From the IMG/VR virus record IMGVR_UViG_3300044797_000094, positions 1 to 64,000 of that record: a DNA stretch of 64,000 nucleotides; one strand, 5' to 3'. This document shows, piece by piece, positions 8,888 through 19,142 of this stretch (position 1 is its first letter; the number at the start of each line of letters is the position of its first letter). The notes beneath the pieces are model-generated. The model saw only the letters and a list, made by a program, of their open reading frames with translations, searched no databases and had not been told where the DNA came from. The stretch is from a virus. A program made the translations under genes and the position numbers.

Positions 8888-10680
8888 GTGCCACGACGCC
8901 ATATCCGTTCATCGAACCAACGGGCGTCTACGGCTGGCCAACACAATTCATGCCGGCGTCGACCGCAGTACTCGACTGGAACTACCTTGACGATTTTAAC
9001 CCGTCAACAATCGCGGCGGTTCCGGCTCAAGGGTCTGGTTCCTCCATTTTCTCATCGCCGGATGAATATGAACCGGCATCGTTTGTCATCGTGGCGGCGT
9101 CTCAGATGGATGACGTTGTGGTCTCTGTCTCTGATCTCGGCAATGGCGGTGATACAATCCCGTCCGAGAATGTCACGATTCGTCGCGTCGTACGAACTCC
9201 GATGCGGAATCTCTACACTGATGCGGCCCATCTGACGACGGTTGGGCGATTTTTGCCCACATGGTCGGCTCTCACGATTCCCGCTGGTGAGTTTCGCCAG
9301 GTATGGCTGACTGTCCACGTGCCGCCGGGAACGAAGGCTGCAACCTACGCCGGGACGGTCAGGATCAGTTCGTCTCAGGGCTCGATCAATTGGCCGCTGT
9401 CCGTTGAAGTCCTGCCGATTCAACTTCTCAGCGATCCGGGCAAGACGCTCGGAATGCAATACAACCTGCAACAGCGATTGGCCGATGTCAGAACGGGCGC
9501 GGCGACGACGGAATTGATAACGCAGGAAATTGCCGATCTTGCGGCGCATGGCGTGACGTCGATCGTGCCGAGCCTGCAGATCGATTTCTTCAAGAATTCT
9601 TCCGGCGAGCCTTATTACGATCTCACGAACTTCGTGACGGGAATGAATCTCCTGCTAGACGTGGGGATCGAATGGACTGCGATCGTTGTCCTGCCGAACC
9701 TGAACGAATTGGCTCTGTTGTTAGGTCATACCGACGTGTTCGATCCGACGGCGGGAACAATAGGGGACGGCGCTTCGTTGGCGGCGGATGCGACGTTCCA
9801 AATGATTGCGAAGGCGGCGATCCAGGCTTTGCACGGAACAATCAGCGGCCTGAAGCTCTCGTCGAAACAGACATTCGAGGTGATCTATAAGAATCTGGAC
9901 GAGATCTTCGACGACCAATTCGACGGTTCGCAGGCCCCTTTATACGTTCAGTACGCCAAAACATGTCAAAATGTACCGGGATTGACGCTTGGAACGACGC
10001 TTTCCACCAGGAACGCCACAGAGATTTCGGAACTAACGACTGTCGCTCCCTACGTCGCCGTGCCGATCAATCAGGGCTTTACATTTGAATGGTATCTTGC
10101 CACGCCAGGAAGCTCGGTGCAGACGTATCTCAACTTCCTGAAAGCCATGAAGCAGACGGCGTGGTTCTACCATAACGAACGCGGGGCGTATCATACGCCT
10201 GCATGGAAGCGGATCATCAACGGCGTCTACTTCTGGTCGATGCCGTTCGCGTGCCATATTCCGTGGTGCTATCAATACGACGAAGTCGCGAACCCCTTCG
10301 ACGCGAGCGCCGGTGACAAATTCAATGACTTCGGGTTCTCGTTTTCCAATGCGCCAGGGTCGACGACGTTCGTGCCGACGCGAAGCTGGGAAGCCATGCG
10401 TGAAGGATGGGACGACGTCCGGTATTTCCACACGCTTCAACAAGCGATGGCGACGCCGGGAATTTCAGCGGAGAGCCTTGCGTCCGCGCATCAGTTTTTC
10501 TCCAGACTCCAGGCGTTAATCGAGAGTGTAGACCTGGCAGGATACGAGCCGGAGGCGGGACTCGCGAAGGAATCGCCAATCATATCGTGGCTCGCAAGCA
10601 GGATGACGGGGGCTGATTGGCAGTTACTGAGAAAAGAGGCGGCATATTTGATCGTCGAAATACAAGGGTCCGGGACATGA
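8884..10680 (+). CDS. Glycoside hydrolase-like protein (GH123/DUF4091-like architecture)
   Basis: EYEPASF N-domain, 'QVWLTVHVP....ATYAGTV', and C-terminal 'PTRSWEAMREGWDDVRY'. Confidence 0.7.
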   Translation: MSATTPYPFIEPTGVYGWPTQFMPASTAVLDWNYLDDFNPSTIAAVPAQGSGSSIFSSPDEYEPASFVIVAASQMDDVVVSVSDLGNGGDTIPSENVTIRRVVRTPMRNLYTDAAHLTTVGRFLPTWSALTIPAGEFRQVWLTVHVPPGTKAATYAGTVRISSSQGSINWPLSVEVLPIQLLSDPGKTLGMQYNLQQRLADVRTGAATTELITQEIADLAAHGVTSIVPSLQIDFFKNSSGEPYYDLTNFVTGMNLLLDVGIEWTAIVVLPNLNELALLLGHTDVFDPTAGTIGDGASLAADATFQMIAKAAIQALHGTISGLKLSSKQTFEVIYKNLDEIFDDQFDGSQAPLYVQYAKTCQNVPGLTLGTTLSTRNATEISELTTVAPYVAVPINQGFTFEWYLATPGSSVQTYLNFLKAMKQTAWFYHNERGAYHTPAWKRIINGVYFWSMPFACHIPWCYQYDEVANPFDASAGDKFNDFGFSFSNAPGSTTFVPTRSWEAMREGWDDVRYFHTLQQAMATPGISAESLASAHQFFSRLQALIESVDLAGYEPEAGLAKESPIISWLASRMTGADWQLLRKEAAYLIVEIQGSGT

Positions 10681-10882
10681 TGGAACGTAAAGTCGGACCG
10701 ATGAGGATGCGGTGCAAAAGCCACGTTCTCCGCGATTTCCAGATGAAGCGGGCTTTGCCCAACGCCCCCCCCTGTTTCCCCTGATCTGAATTCACCGCGC
10801 TCGACTAGCTTTCGGCTTGCGATTGAGATTCAATCAGCGACAATGAAAACCGCCGCCGACTGGAACCGGCGACATCAATATT

Positions 10883-11179
10883 ATGAAGAGAACCGCGATG
10901 GTCGAACATATCCTAAAAATCAATGTGTCCGAATTGCAGGTCGTAAGACTGACATGCCGCCAGTGCAAGGCTACCGCTGAGATGAAGATCGATGCCCTGA
11001 CCGACCGGACGACGAAATGCACGTGCCCATTTTGCCAGAAGCCGTATTTGTACGGCGGAGATCGGGCAGGAGGGACGCCGTTTGAGGAATTGAGGCAGTC
11101 TCTGAAAAGTGTGCGAGAAGCTAATAACCTGGATATGGAGTTCGTGATTCCGACCGGTCAGGGCAAGAGCGAATCGTGA
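10883..11179 (+). CDS. Zn-ribbon protein
   Basis: CRQC...CPFC. Confidence 0.6.
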   Translation: MKRTAMVEHILKINVSELQVVRLTCRQCKATAEMKIDALTDRTTKCTCPFCQKPYLYGGDRAGGTPFEELRQSLKSVREANNLDMEFVIPTGQGKSES

Positions 11180-11440
11180 AAACGTTTCTGCCTCAAAACT
11201 ACCCCGGTTGCCTAAAAAGTCAGGGTTTGGAAGAGGTTTTAAGGCAAAGCCCGATCGTCAACCTGTGCAAGCCGCGATCAAGAACGCGCTAATGAAAAAC
11301 CGATGTCCATTAAATCTCGATGATACAAAAAAGGAATAATCATGTGCGGAATGGGATATTGGAACGGGGAAGGATTCAAGCCGGCTGAGGCACGAGCGAA
11401 AATCGCCTTTCTCGCGTTTCATGATGAAAAAGGGTCGACC

Positions 11441-12190
11441 ATGTATGAGAGCTGGACCGACAGATCCCGTAAAGTTATGCAATTGGCGAATCAAGAAGCC
11501 CGGCGATTCAACCACGAGTACATTGGCACCGAGCACATCTTGCTTGGCCTGGTCAAGGAAGGATGCGGCGTCGGGGCGAAGATTCTGGAAGGCCTTGGCG
11601 TCGATATGCAAAAGGTCCGATTTCAAACCGAGAAGATCGTCGGCTCGGCGCCTGATCACATAATCATTGGAAATCTTCCGTTTAATGAAGACGCGATGAC
11701 GGTGATTGATCAATCCGGAAGGCAAGCTTATGTCTTGAATCACAAATACGTCGGAACGGAACACATCCTTTTAGCTATCTCGTCGTGTCCGAGTTCGATC
11801 GCTTATAAGATCCTTGTGGCTCTCGGAGTGGTCGGAGAAACAATCCAGCGTAGCATCGGAGAGATCATGGAGGCAACTCCGGCGATGCCAGGCGAAATGA
11901 CAATCAAACTTCCCGAGTATTTTTCTACCATCCTGTCAAAAACAGAGCCCGTCGCAGTCGGAATCGCCGAACCGAGCGCGAAGAAAGCGTACGAATACGC
12001 AATGAAAGCGTGGAAACAAAAGCGGCTTCAAGATCTTCGCTCTCTTCTTACAAAATGGACCGCTTGCACAATCTCGCTTGAAGATTTCAATACCGAGATG
12101 GAAAAGCTGTACGAATGGATAGACATGGATGCGGCAATCAAGCTGCCGCAGAGCGTCGCTCCGCAATCTGACGTTACGAAAATCGACTGA
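11441..12190 (+). CDS. Stand-alone ClpC N-terminal (Clp repeat) domain protein, no AAA+ modules
   Basis: MYESWTDRSRKVMQLANQEARRFNHEYIGTEHILLGL and a second repeat HKYVGTEHILLA. Confidence 0.9.
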   Translation: MYESWTDRSRKVMQLANQEARRFNHEYIGTEHILLGLVKEGCGVGAKILEGLGVDMQKVRFQTEKIVGSAPDHIIIGNLPFNEDAMTVIDQSGRQAYVLNHKYVGTEHILLAISSCPSSIAYKILVALGVVGETIQRSIGEIMEATPAMPGEMTIKLPEYFSTILSKTEPVAVGIAEPSAKKAYEYAMKAWKQKRLQDLRSLLTKWTACTISLEDFNTEMEKLYEWIDMDAAIKLPQSVAPQSDVTKID

Positions 12191-12232
12191 ACTGATTATC
12201 GTCCGTGTCAACCCCGAAATCCGGAGAGAGAC

Positions 12233-15200
12233 ATGGGCAAGCGAGGTCGCAGGTTCCGTAAATCCAGGCAGCAGAACGACGAACGAGAAATCGTCGCGGA
12301 AGTTCCATCGATTCAGAAGTCCTATCACGTCGCGACTTCATCGACGAGCGCCGCTTTGGGGCCTGCCTTGGCGGGTGCCTATGTCGGTGGCGGCTGGATA
12401 AGTGACCACCGTGAAGAGGTGCGTCACTTCCGGCATTTCTCGTACGTCGCAATCCACCAGATCGCGCAGCAGTTGTCGTCAGCGACAGTGACGGCGTTCG
12501 CGGACGAAGATAATCAATGGGACAATCAGTCGCGTAGAAAGTCTCTGCGGGTGAAATTCGGCAGTCTCGATCGATATAAATCCATCTACGGAAAAGAGGA
12601 CGACACATCAACCAAGGCGTTAAATTCCAGTCATGCATTGATGAAGCTGCTGGCCAAGCCGAACCCGTGGGAGTCCGGATACGACTTTCGATATCGGCAA
12701 ACAATCCAAATCAGGCTCACTGGCGCATGCTACATTTGGAACGTGCCAAGTCAATTGCGAACGCCTGACGCTCCGAATGGCGTGCCGTGCCAGCGATTCG
12801 TCATCCCAACGGCGGCCGTCACGCCGATGATGCCAACGGCGGAGTTGCCCTATGGCGGATTTCTCGTTCAGCCGTATTGCTCTCGGTACGCTCCGATCGA
12901 CGAGGACAGCGGATATGTCCGTGGCTCACCTGGCTGGATGCGGCTTCTTGGCCGAGTCGTCGATGCCCGAGAAATCCAGAAGATCGGCTATCCTCATCCT
13001 TTGTGGCTCGATGACTGGCAGAGTCCAATTGCGGCCGGTGATGCGTGGGTCGATATGGAAGAGGCCGTAAATCGAGCGAGGACGGCAAGTACACTGAATG
13101 GCGTTGACCCGTCATTGGTCTGGGAGCTGCCGCCAAACATCAAATTGTCGCCAGACATGATGGACAGGACGCAATCGGCAATCCAGAAAAAGTATGGCGG
13201 TCCATATAATCAGAGTCGAGTTTTGGTGACGGAAAGCGGAACGAAAGTCACGCCAACTTCCGGCGTCCCGAAGGACATGTGCTATCCAGAGGGATTCCAG
13301 GACGTCAAAACGGCGATTCTCTCGCTTCATGGGACGCCGCCAGTCGCGGTCGCGATGCAAGAACCTGGGGCGTACGCGTCGTACATCGCGTCCCTGAAAG
13401 CGTGGAACCACGCGACGATTAATCCACTCTGCGAGAAATTTGGAGAATCCGACACGGCTCATCTCGCTCCATTCTTCGGGGAAGGTTTGACTGTTGAATA
13501 CGAACCAAAAAGTATCCAAGATCCGGACAACGATCTAAAGCTTTTGACGATCCTGGCATCCACTAAAAAGGTCATCAGAGTCAACGAGCTTCGCGCCAAA
13601 TGCGACATGGAGCCGCTGGAAGGACCGGAAGGCGATGCATTCGTCAATGACGACCCGGTTCCAGGAATGCCGCAAGCGAAGCCAAATGGCGTGAATTTGG
13701 GCCGTCCGGACGCGGAAGCGTTGAAGCCGATAGTCAAGCCCGCTGAACCGACCACGCCATTCGAACGCGACGACGGGAACAAGTCACTTTTGGCGGCATT
13801 GGAAGGATTCCGCGAAGAGGACGAGGAATTCGTCCAGCGAAAACTCGGATCGCTGATCGAGAAAGCGGTTGCGGCGAAGCTGAAATCGCTGGAGCCCGGC
13901 GAAGAACCGCGAAAGTACGCGTCGACTCAATTCAATCTGCCGGACGAACTGGCCGATCAAGTACGGAAAATGGGCCAGAGAATCGACCTTGACGACTTGG
14001 CGGAAGACGGACTGGAGGATGAGCCTCACGTGACAATCCTTTATGGACTCACGGAATCCAGCCCCCAATCCGTCAAGCGAGCGTTGTCGGGCTTCCCTGC
14101 TGGTCGGATAGAACTTGGAATGTCGTCTCTGTTCGCGGCGAACGGAACGGAAGCGAGTCGAGGCGGTCCACAATTCGACGTCCTGAAGCTAGACGTTGGC
14201 GGCGATTACATCCATCGAATCCACGATCGACTCGCCGACAAATGCGACTACGAAGTCAGTTGGCCGCTCTACGTGCCACACGTCACGATCGGATACCTAA
14301 GGCCCGGACGAGGCAGAAAATACGTCGGCATGACGGACGTCGAAGGCGAAACATTCCTTGCCGACAAAATGACGTTCTCGAATCAGCAAAAAGACGTGTC
14401 GGTGATTCGGCTGCAACCCCCAGTCAAATCCCGCCAGTCCATCATCGAGCGTCAATTGGCTCATTCCAACGGCAACGGACGAACGAATGAATGGCACGGA
14501 AAAGCGTACGATCCATCGGAGGCGAGGGATGAAAGCGGAGAATGGACGGGGGGGGCTTCGCAACCTGATTCTAAGAAGCCCAATAAGCCGTCAAAAAACG
14601 CTGCGATCTGCCAGATGACCGGGCTGCCGTTCGAAGGTCGCGGGAAGAACCATCCAAAGCTGCGAGAAGTGCTTGACGACGCGATGAAGGATGGCGCCAG
14701 GAATCAGGTGATTGAAGCGATTAAGGACGCTAAAAACCGTGGAACGAACAACATTGAGGATTTTGTCCGCATCGCCAACGAGGCGATTGGAAAAGGCAAG
14801 GAAGATCGACGTCAGGATCGCCGCGAGCAAGTCGAATTGGAGGATGATAGGCGTCGCGAATCACGGGAACGCGACGATCTAAATCGCAAACTACGCGCCG
14901 CTGGATATCGTTGGTCGAAAGAGGGAAATCAAAATTGGCGTGAAACGCCGGAGCAAACTCCGGAATCCCACTTCGAATCCAAATGGGTGCTTCGTAATCA
15001 TCAAGGGGATGTCGTTTCGCTTGATGATGCCAAAAAAGAAATAGCATCCAACGAAAAGTCACTCGGCATGTCAACAGGCGTCGGCGACGACGGCGGCTTC
15101 GCGGTCAAGCCGGAACTGCCGGGCGAACCAAGCAACGAACAGCTCAGAACCCTCTACGGAAACTGTCCGTTCTGTTCTGGCGAAGTCACAGGTCGCGATT

Positions 15201-16597
15201 CCGATCGAATGACTGACACGTGCGATCAAGGTCACTCCTATCCATCGAAGCTGTCAATATTCGATCGACCGTCCGAAGGCGACGTCGCAACAAGCGCTGT
15301 GAATGACGGTCCAATGGGGAACCTGAATGGATTCGCCGATCCATCTGAGAAATCCAACGATCTGATCGACAATACGGAATTCGGGGCGTGCCCTCTGTGC
15401 GGCCAAGACGCGATCATGAGGGAGCGGCGATGGTACGGAAATGTGCCGTATGACTCGTGTTGCAACGGGCACGAGTTCCCGGCTGGAGTCATCGCGACTG
15501 GTGTTCCAAAAGAAAAAACAGCCAAGGCGCATCTTCAGGCTTCACGCAAGTCCTCCGCCTCTGGAGGTCAGTGGATTACACTCAAGCCCCATGGTGGTAA
15601 TGAAGGCGGCTATCTGCATGTCATGATCGATGAGAGTGGCGAGATCCAATCCGGCCCGAAGGAAATGAGAGACAAGAAGCCGAACCAGATTGAATCGCAC
15701 CGTGAGGTCAAGCAGAAACAGAAGTCTCCGCAGAGTCCGCAAGTTGGCACTCCCGATAGCCAAACGGTATCTCAGTCGGAGCAAACAAAAAAAGAATACC
15801 ACGATAGGCTGAGCAATTTGGCATCATCGCCGGTGAAAAGCAGCAAGCCGCTCAGCGGTCATCGAAATCTCAACGAAACACACATCGTGGCGCTGAAAAA
15901 CGGTGACAAGGGAGTTTGGAAACCGGCGTCAGGAGAAACATCATTCGATCACAACGGAGAGCCGATTAGACCCAACATCCCCGCTGGAACACAGCATAAG
16001 AGGGAAGCGGCCGCCAGCGCCGTTGCCGACGCTATTGGACTTCATGATCTAGTCCCAGCCACAACGCTCCGGACGATGGAAAAGGGCGAGAAGAAAGAAA
16101 TCGGATCGCTGCAACATTTCTCCGAACATGGCATTCCGGCGCACGCGACCGCTCGTGACGCGAAATATGATGGCGATCGCGATCTGGCGAGAGCCGCCGC
16201 ATTCGATATTCTGACGTCGAACACCGATCGTCATTTGGGAAACTGGATGGTCACGCACGGGCTAAGTGCACCGAACGATCTGTCATCGGAAAATAAAAAA
16301 TACAATATTGACAAGGAGCATAAGCTCGTTTTGATTGATCACGGGCTGGCATTCCCAGAAAGCGGCGGGAATGGCCGCAGTGGATTAGTCAATATGGCTG
16401 AGCACAAAAAGCTTCCGGTGCCGAATGAAGTTCTAAAATGGGATTCAGCTTCGATCGACGAGGCAATGAAAAAAAACGGCATTGAACCGCGGGCCAGGAG
16501 ACTGGCTCTTGATCGCCTGTCGCAACTCCAGTCTCTTGCGAAAGATGGCAAGACATTCGCGGATGGTTTCAATCAGGACGTGATTCACAGCTATTGA
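12233..16597 (+). CDS. Portal polyprotein: HK97-like portal + 2H phosphoesterase + two Zn-ribbons + HipA/PI3-4K-like kinase
   Basis: Portal (aa ~1-480: LLAKPNP, IRVNELR), HxT motifs PHVTILYG and PHVTIGYL, two CPxC..C..GH motifs, kinase motifs VWKP, REAAA, DRHLGN, LIDHG. Confidence 0.9.
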   Translation: MGKRGRRFRKSRQQNDEREIVAEVPSIQKSYHVATSSTSAALGPALAGAYVGGGWISDHREEVRHFRHFSYVAIHQIAQQLSSATVTAFADEDNQWDNQSRRKSLRVKFGSLDRYKSIYGKEDDTSTKALNSSHALMKLLAKPNPWESGYDFRYRQTIQIRLTGACYIWNVPSQLRTPDAPNGVPCQRFVIPTAAVTPMMPTAELPYGGFLVQPYCSRYAPIDEDSGYVRGSPGWMRLLGRVVDAREIQKIGYPHPLWLDDWQSPIAAGDAWVDMEEAVNRARTASTLNGVDPSLVWELPPNIKLSPDMMDRTQSAIQKKYGGPYNQSRVLVTESGTKVTPTSGVPKDMCYPEGFQDVKTAILSLHGTPPVAVAMQEPGAYASYIASLKAWNHATINPLCEKFGESDTAHLAPFFGEGLTVEYEPKSIQDPDNDLKLLTILASTKKVIRVNELRAKCDMEPLEGPEGDAFVNDDPVPGMPQAKPNGVNLGRPDAEALKPIVKPAEPTTPFERDDGNKSLLAALEGFREEDEEFVQRKLGSLIEKAVAAKLKSLEPGEEPRKYASTQFNLPDELADQVRKMGQRIDLDDLAEDGLEDEPHVTILYGLTESSPQSVKRALSGFPAGRIELGMSSLFAANGTEASRGGPQFDVLKLDVGGDYIHRIHDRLADKCDYEVSWPLYVPHVTIGYLRPGRGRKYVGMTDVEGETFLADKMTFSNQQKDVSVIRLQPPVKSRQSIIERQLAHSNGNGRTNEWHGKAYDPSEARDESGEWTGGASQPDSKKPNKPSKNAAICQMTGLPFEGRGKNHPKLREVLDDAMKDGARNQVIEAIKDAKNRGTNNIEDFVRIANEAIGKGKEDRRQDRREQVELEDDRRRESRERDDLNRKLRAAGYRWSKEGNQNWRETPEQTPESHFESKWVLRNHQGDVVSLDDAKKEIASNEKSLGMSTGVGDDGGFAVKPELPGEPSNEQLRTLYGNCPFCSGEVTGRDSDRMTDTCDQGHSYPSKLSIFDRPSEGDVATSAVNDGPMGNLNGFADPSEKSNDLIDNTEFGACPLCGQDAIMRERRWYGNVPYDSCCNGHEFPAGVIATGVPKEKTAKAHLQASRKSSASGGQWITLKPHGGNEGGYLHVMIDESGEIQSGPKEMRDKKPNQIESHREVKQKQKSPQSPQVGTPDSQTVSQSEQTKKEYHDRLSNLASSPVKSSKPLSGHRNLNETHIVALKNGDKGVWKPASGETSFDHNGEPIRPNIPAGTQHKREAAASAVADAIGLHDLVPATTLRTMEKGEKKEIGSLQHFSEHGIPAHATARDAKYDGDRDLARAAAFDILTSNTDRHLGNWMVTHGLSAPNDLSSENKKYNIDKEHKLVLIDHGLAFPESGGNGRSGLVNMAEHKKLPVPNEVLKWDSASIDEAMKKNGIEPRARRLALDRLSQLQSLAKDGKTFADGFNQDVIHSY

Positions 16598-16617
16598 TCT
16601 GATGCATCGGGAATCAA

Positions 16618-18198
16618 ATGCAAATAATTCGAGTGTCAGGAAACATCGATGGCGAAGACGTCGATTTCGGCGACGTGTGCCTTGACGACGGCCGACTGCA
16701 CTGTCGCTCGTCGTCAGGTCTTGGCCGACGAGTTATGCAAAGCATTCTTGACGAGCCCGTCTACAGCCCTCGAGGCGACGTTACAGCAATTGAAAATCCC
16801 GAAGAATTCTTTCTGCGGCTGCCGACAACCTACCGATCGTACGCGTTGCGGGCTTACCCAATCGATGACGGCTCGGCAGATGCCGCCGAGAAGGCGTTAA
16901 AGAGGGACGTCACAGGAGAGGCAAGAGATCAAACTGGTGAATGGACCTCGGGAGGCGCTTCGACAAAGCCAAGCGTAACGGGAACTCCACGCGTTCCGAA
17001 GCCTCCGACATCGAAGCCATCAAAGAAACCAAATGCCCCGAAGATTGATGAGGATGACGAAGAATCCGGCGGTCGATTCGCAAAGCCTCCCACGCAACGC
17101 GGAGAGATGGTCTATGCCAAGCGAGTCGGCACTGGCAAGAACGTGAAGATCGTTTTGTCCGACGGATCGACTGCGCCGGAGCACATGCAAAAACTGGCCG
17201 GAAGTATTCCGCCGGACTGGAGTGAAGTCAAGATCGCAAAAGATCCGTCAATGGACGTGCTCGTTACAGCAAGAGACCCAAACGGCAATTCGAAGTTGGT
17301 TTACAACGACGCCTACGAAAAACGGAATGAGGCGATTAAGTTTGTGCGTGCGGCGGATATGGTCGCGAATCATGATGTGATTTTGAAAGAGTTCGCCGAA
17401 GATCGACTCAAGTCGGAAACGAGAGAACAAGCGGACTGTGCTCGATTAATGTTGGCCCAGGCGACGAGACCCGGCAGCGAATCTGACAACAAGGGCGTCA
17501 GCAAATACTTCGGCAAATCATTGACTCCAGATGATGTTGTTCTAACGAAAAGCGACAATCCCAAAATCGCAATCATCGGCAAGCAAACCGACGCGCAAAA
17601 GAAAGCGGCCGCCAGCGGTAAAGATGTCGTCGCAATCAATGTCAATGGATCGCTCGTCGTCATCAAGGATAAGAAAACGAAGGCGGAATTATTGAAACGA
17701 GCCAACGAAGGCGGCGACTTGCACGACTCGACGTACTGGCTGAAATCGCACGGCGCGACGACGCTGGAGGGACGACATGTCGTTGAAGCTCCGGATGGGA
17801 CGCGGCTTAAATTTGTCGGAAAAGAAGGCGTCTTCCACGATCACCTGGTCAAAGATCCGGAAGTCGCGAAGATGCTTTTGGAACGCAAAGCGAAATCCGG
17901 CGACACAGGACAGTTATTCAACACGAACGAGATCAAGCTGCGAGATTACGTCAAGACAAAAGACGGCGGCGACTTCCTCTCGAAAGATCTGCGGACCGCT
18001 CGGGCGAACATGATTGCGATCGACGAAATCAATAAGATTCCGGCCCCGAAAACAGACAAGGAATACAAAGCCAAGCGTGATCTTGTGGGGCAGCGGGTGG
18101 CGCATGTGCTCGGAAACGAAATCGCACAGAGCCTAAAGTCATACATTTCGCCGGAATTGTTCTCAGATTGGAGAATCAACGCGGGCGTGCAGGGATGA
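16618..18198 (+). CDS. DNA topoisomerase IB (bacterial/poxviral type) with an N-terminal extension
   Basis: IPPDW N-domain; catalytic set R (ATRPG), GATTL, K (FVGK), R (KDLRT), N (LGN), Y (KSYI). Confidence 0.9.
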   Translation: MQIIRVSGNIDGEDVDFGDVCLDDGRLHCRSSSGLGRRVMQSILDEPVYSPRGDVTAIENPEEFFLRLPTTYRSYALRAYPIDDGSADAAEKALKRDVTGEARDQTGEWTSGGASTKPSVTGTPRVPKPPTSKPSKKPNAPKIDEDDEESGGRFAKPPTQRGEMVYAKRVGTGKNVKIVLSDGSTAPEHMQKLAGSIPPDWSEVKIAKDPSMDVLVTARDPNGNSKLVYNDAYEKRNEAIKFVRAADMVANHDVILKEFAEDRLKSETREQADCARLMLAQATRPGSESDNKGVSKYFGKSLTPDDVVLTKSDNPKIAIIGKQTDAQKKAAASGKDVVAINVNGSLVVIKDKKTKAELLKRANEGGDLHDSTYWLKSHGATTLEGRHVVEAPDGTRLKFVGKEGVFHDHLVKDPEVAKMLLERKAKSGDTGQLFNTNEIKLRDYVKTKDGGDFLSKDLRTARANMIAIDEINKIPAPKTDKEYKAKRDLVGQRVAHVLGNEIAQSLKSYISPELFSDWRINAGVQG

Positions 18199-18960
18199 AT
18201 AGCCTGTCTGTGGGCCATTTCCTTTCAAGACGGTGATGGAGCGTGCTGTAGGAAATATTATGAATCTCGCACCATTCAATGAGCGTTTTAGATTCTCCGT
18301 TGATCGTAATTGAATCATGTGTTCGAAATAACCTTCGCTTGGTTGACAATGTTTTTTCAACAGACCATCCACGGCGCAGGCGAAGGGAAATAGTTTTCGC
18401 TGTTGTGCCGAGCACTTCGGCCCACTCAGCAATGCAGAGCGATTTACCGGCATGTTTGAGAATGTGATTTGTGCGGCAGTTTCACGCCTGTTGAAGATCT
18501 GTGGCCCAGCGGACATTACCAGGCTCGTAGTTGCCACGCTGATCCGGAAATCTATCAAGAGAATGCTTCGGTGATGGCGCGCGTCCCATGTCATCCAGGA
18601 AATTCTGGAACGAATTATTCCAGTGCCCGCAAACAATAATGCCGTCCGCGCCATAACCTTTCATTGTTTTGTCTTTGCATCGTCGTCGCATCGCCAACCA
18701 GCACCTATATTCGAAGCGGTGCGTGTATCCGAGACGCCGCCGAGAGACTGCCGCTCTGCGTGAGCCGCACTTCAGGCAGCCGGAGGTCTTTCCTGATGTT
18801 AAATTGCCGGAGAACACCTCTTTCGCGGTACCGCAGGGCAGGCGCATTTGCAGTTCCAATATTTGAGGTATTTACGTCGCCCGAAAAACGATTCAACTGT
18901 CCAATTGCCAAATACTTTGCCAATTAAATTCGTATTGAATAAAGCCGGGTCAGATTTCAT
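18176..18960 (-). pseudogene. Disrupted HNH homing endonuclease
   Basis: One continuous protein can be rebuilt from three ORF fragments. A 5-bp CCTGC duplication near 18832-18842 shifts the frame, and an in-frame TGA at 18482-18484 lies in 'QQA*NCRTN'. Motifs SLDR, NYEPGNVRWAT. Confidence 0.85.
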
Positions 18961-19142
18961 CACGGCGACTTCCTTCAGTGCTTGGGAATGCGAAAATGGT
19001 CTCCCAGAAGTATAACAAAAATAAGACAGTCTTACATAAATCCAGAGCTGTTCTCGTCGTGGTTGACCGCCGTCACTCATTCCTGATCGACGATTGATTT
19101 AGTCGCCCCGCATCATTTCCGAATAAATTCTCAAAATTCTGT

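Noticed and set aside
10681-10880. Possible tRNA or structured RNA
   Set aside because: There is some pairing (GGAACGT/ACGTTCT), but no cloverleaf, T-loop consensus or CCA. A short coupled ORF could explain it equally well.
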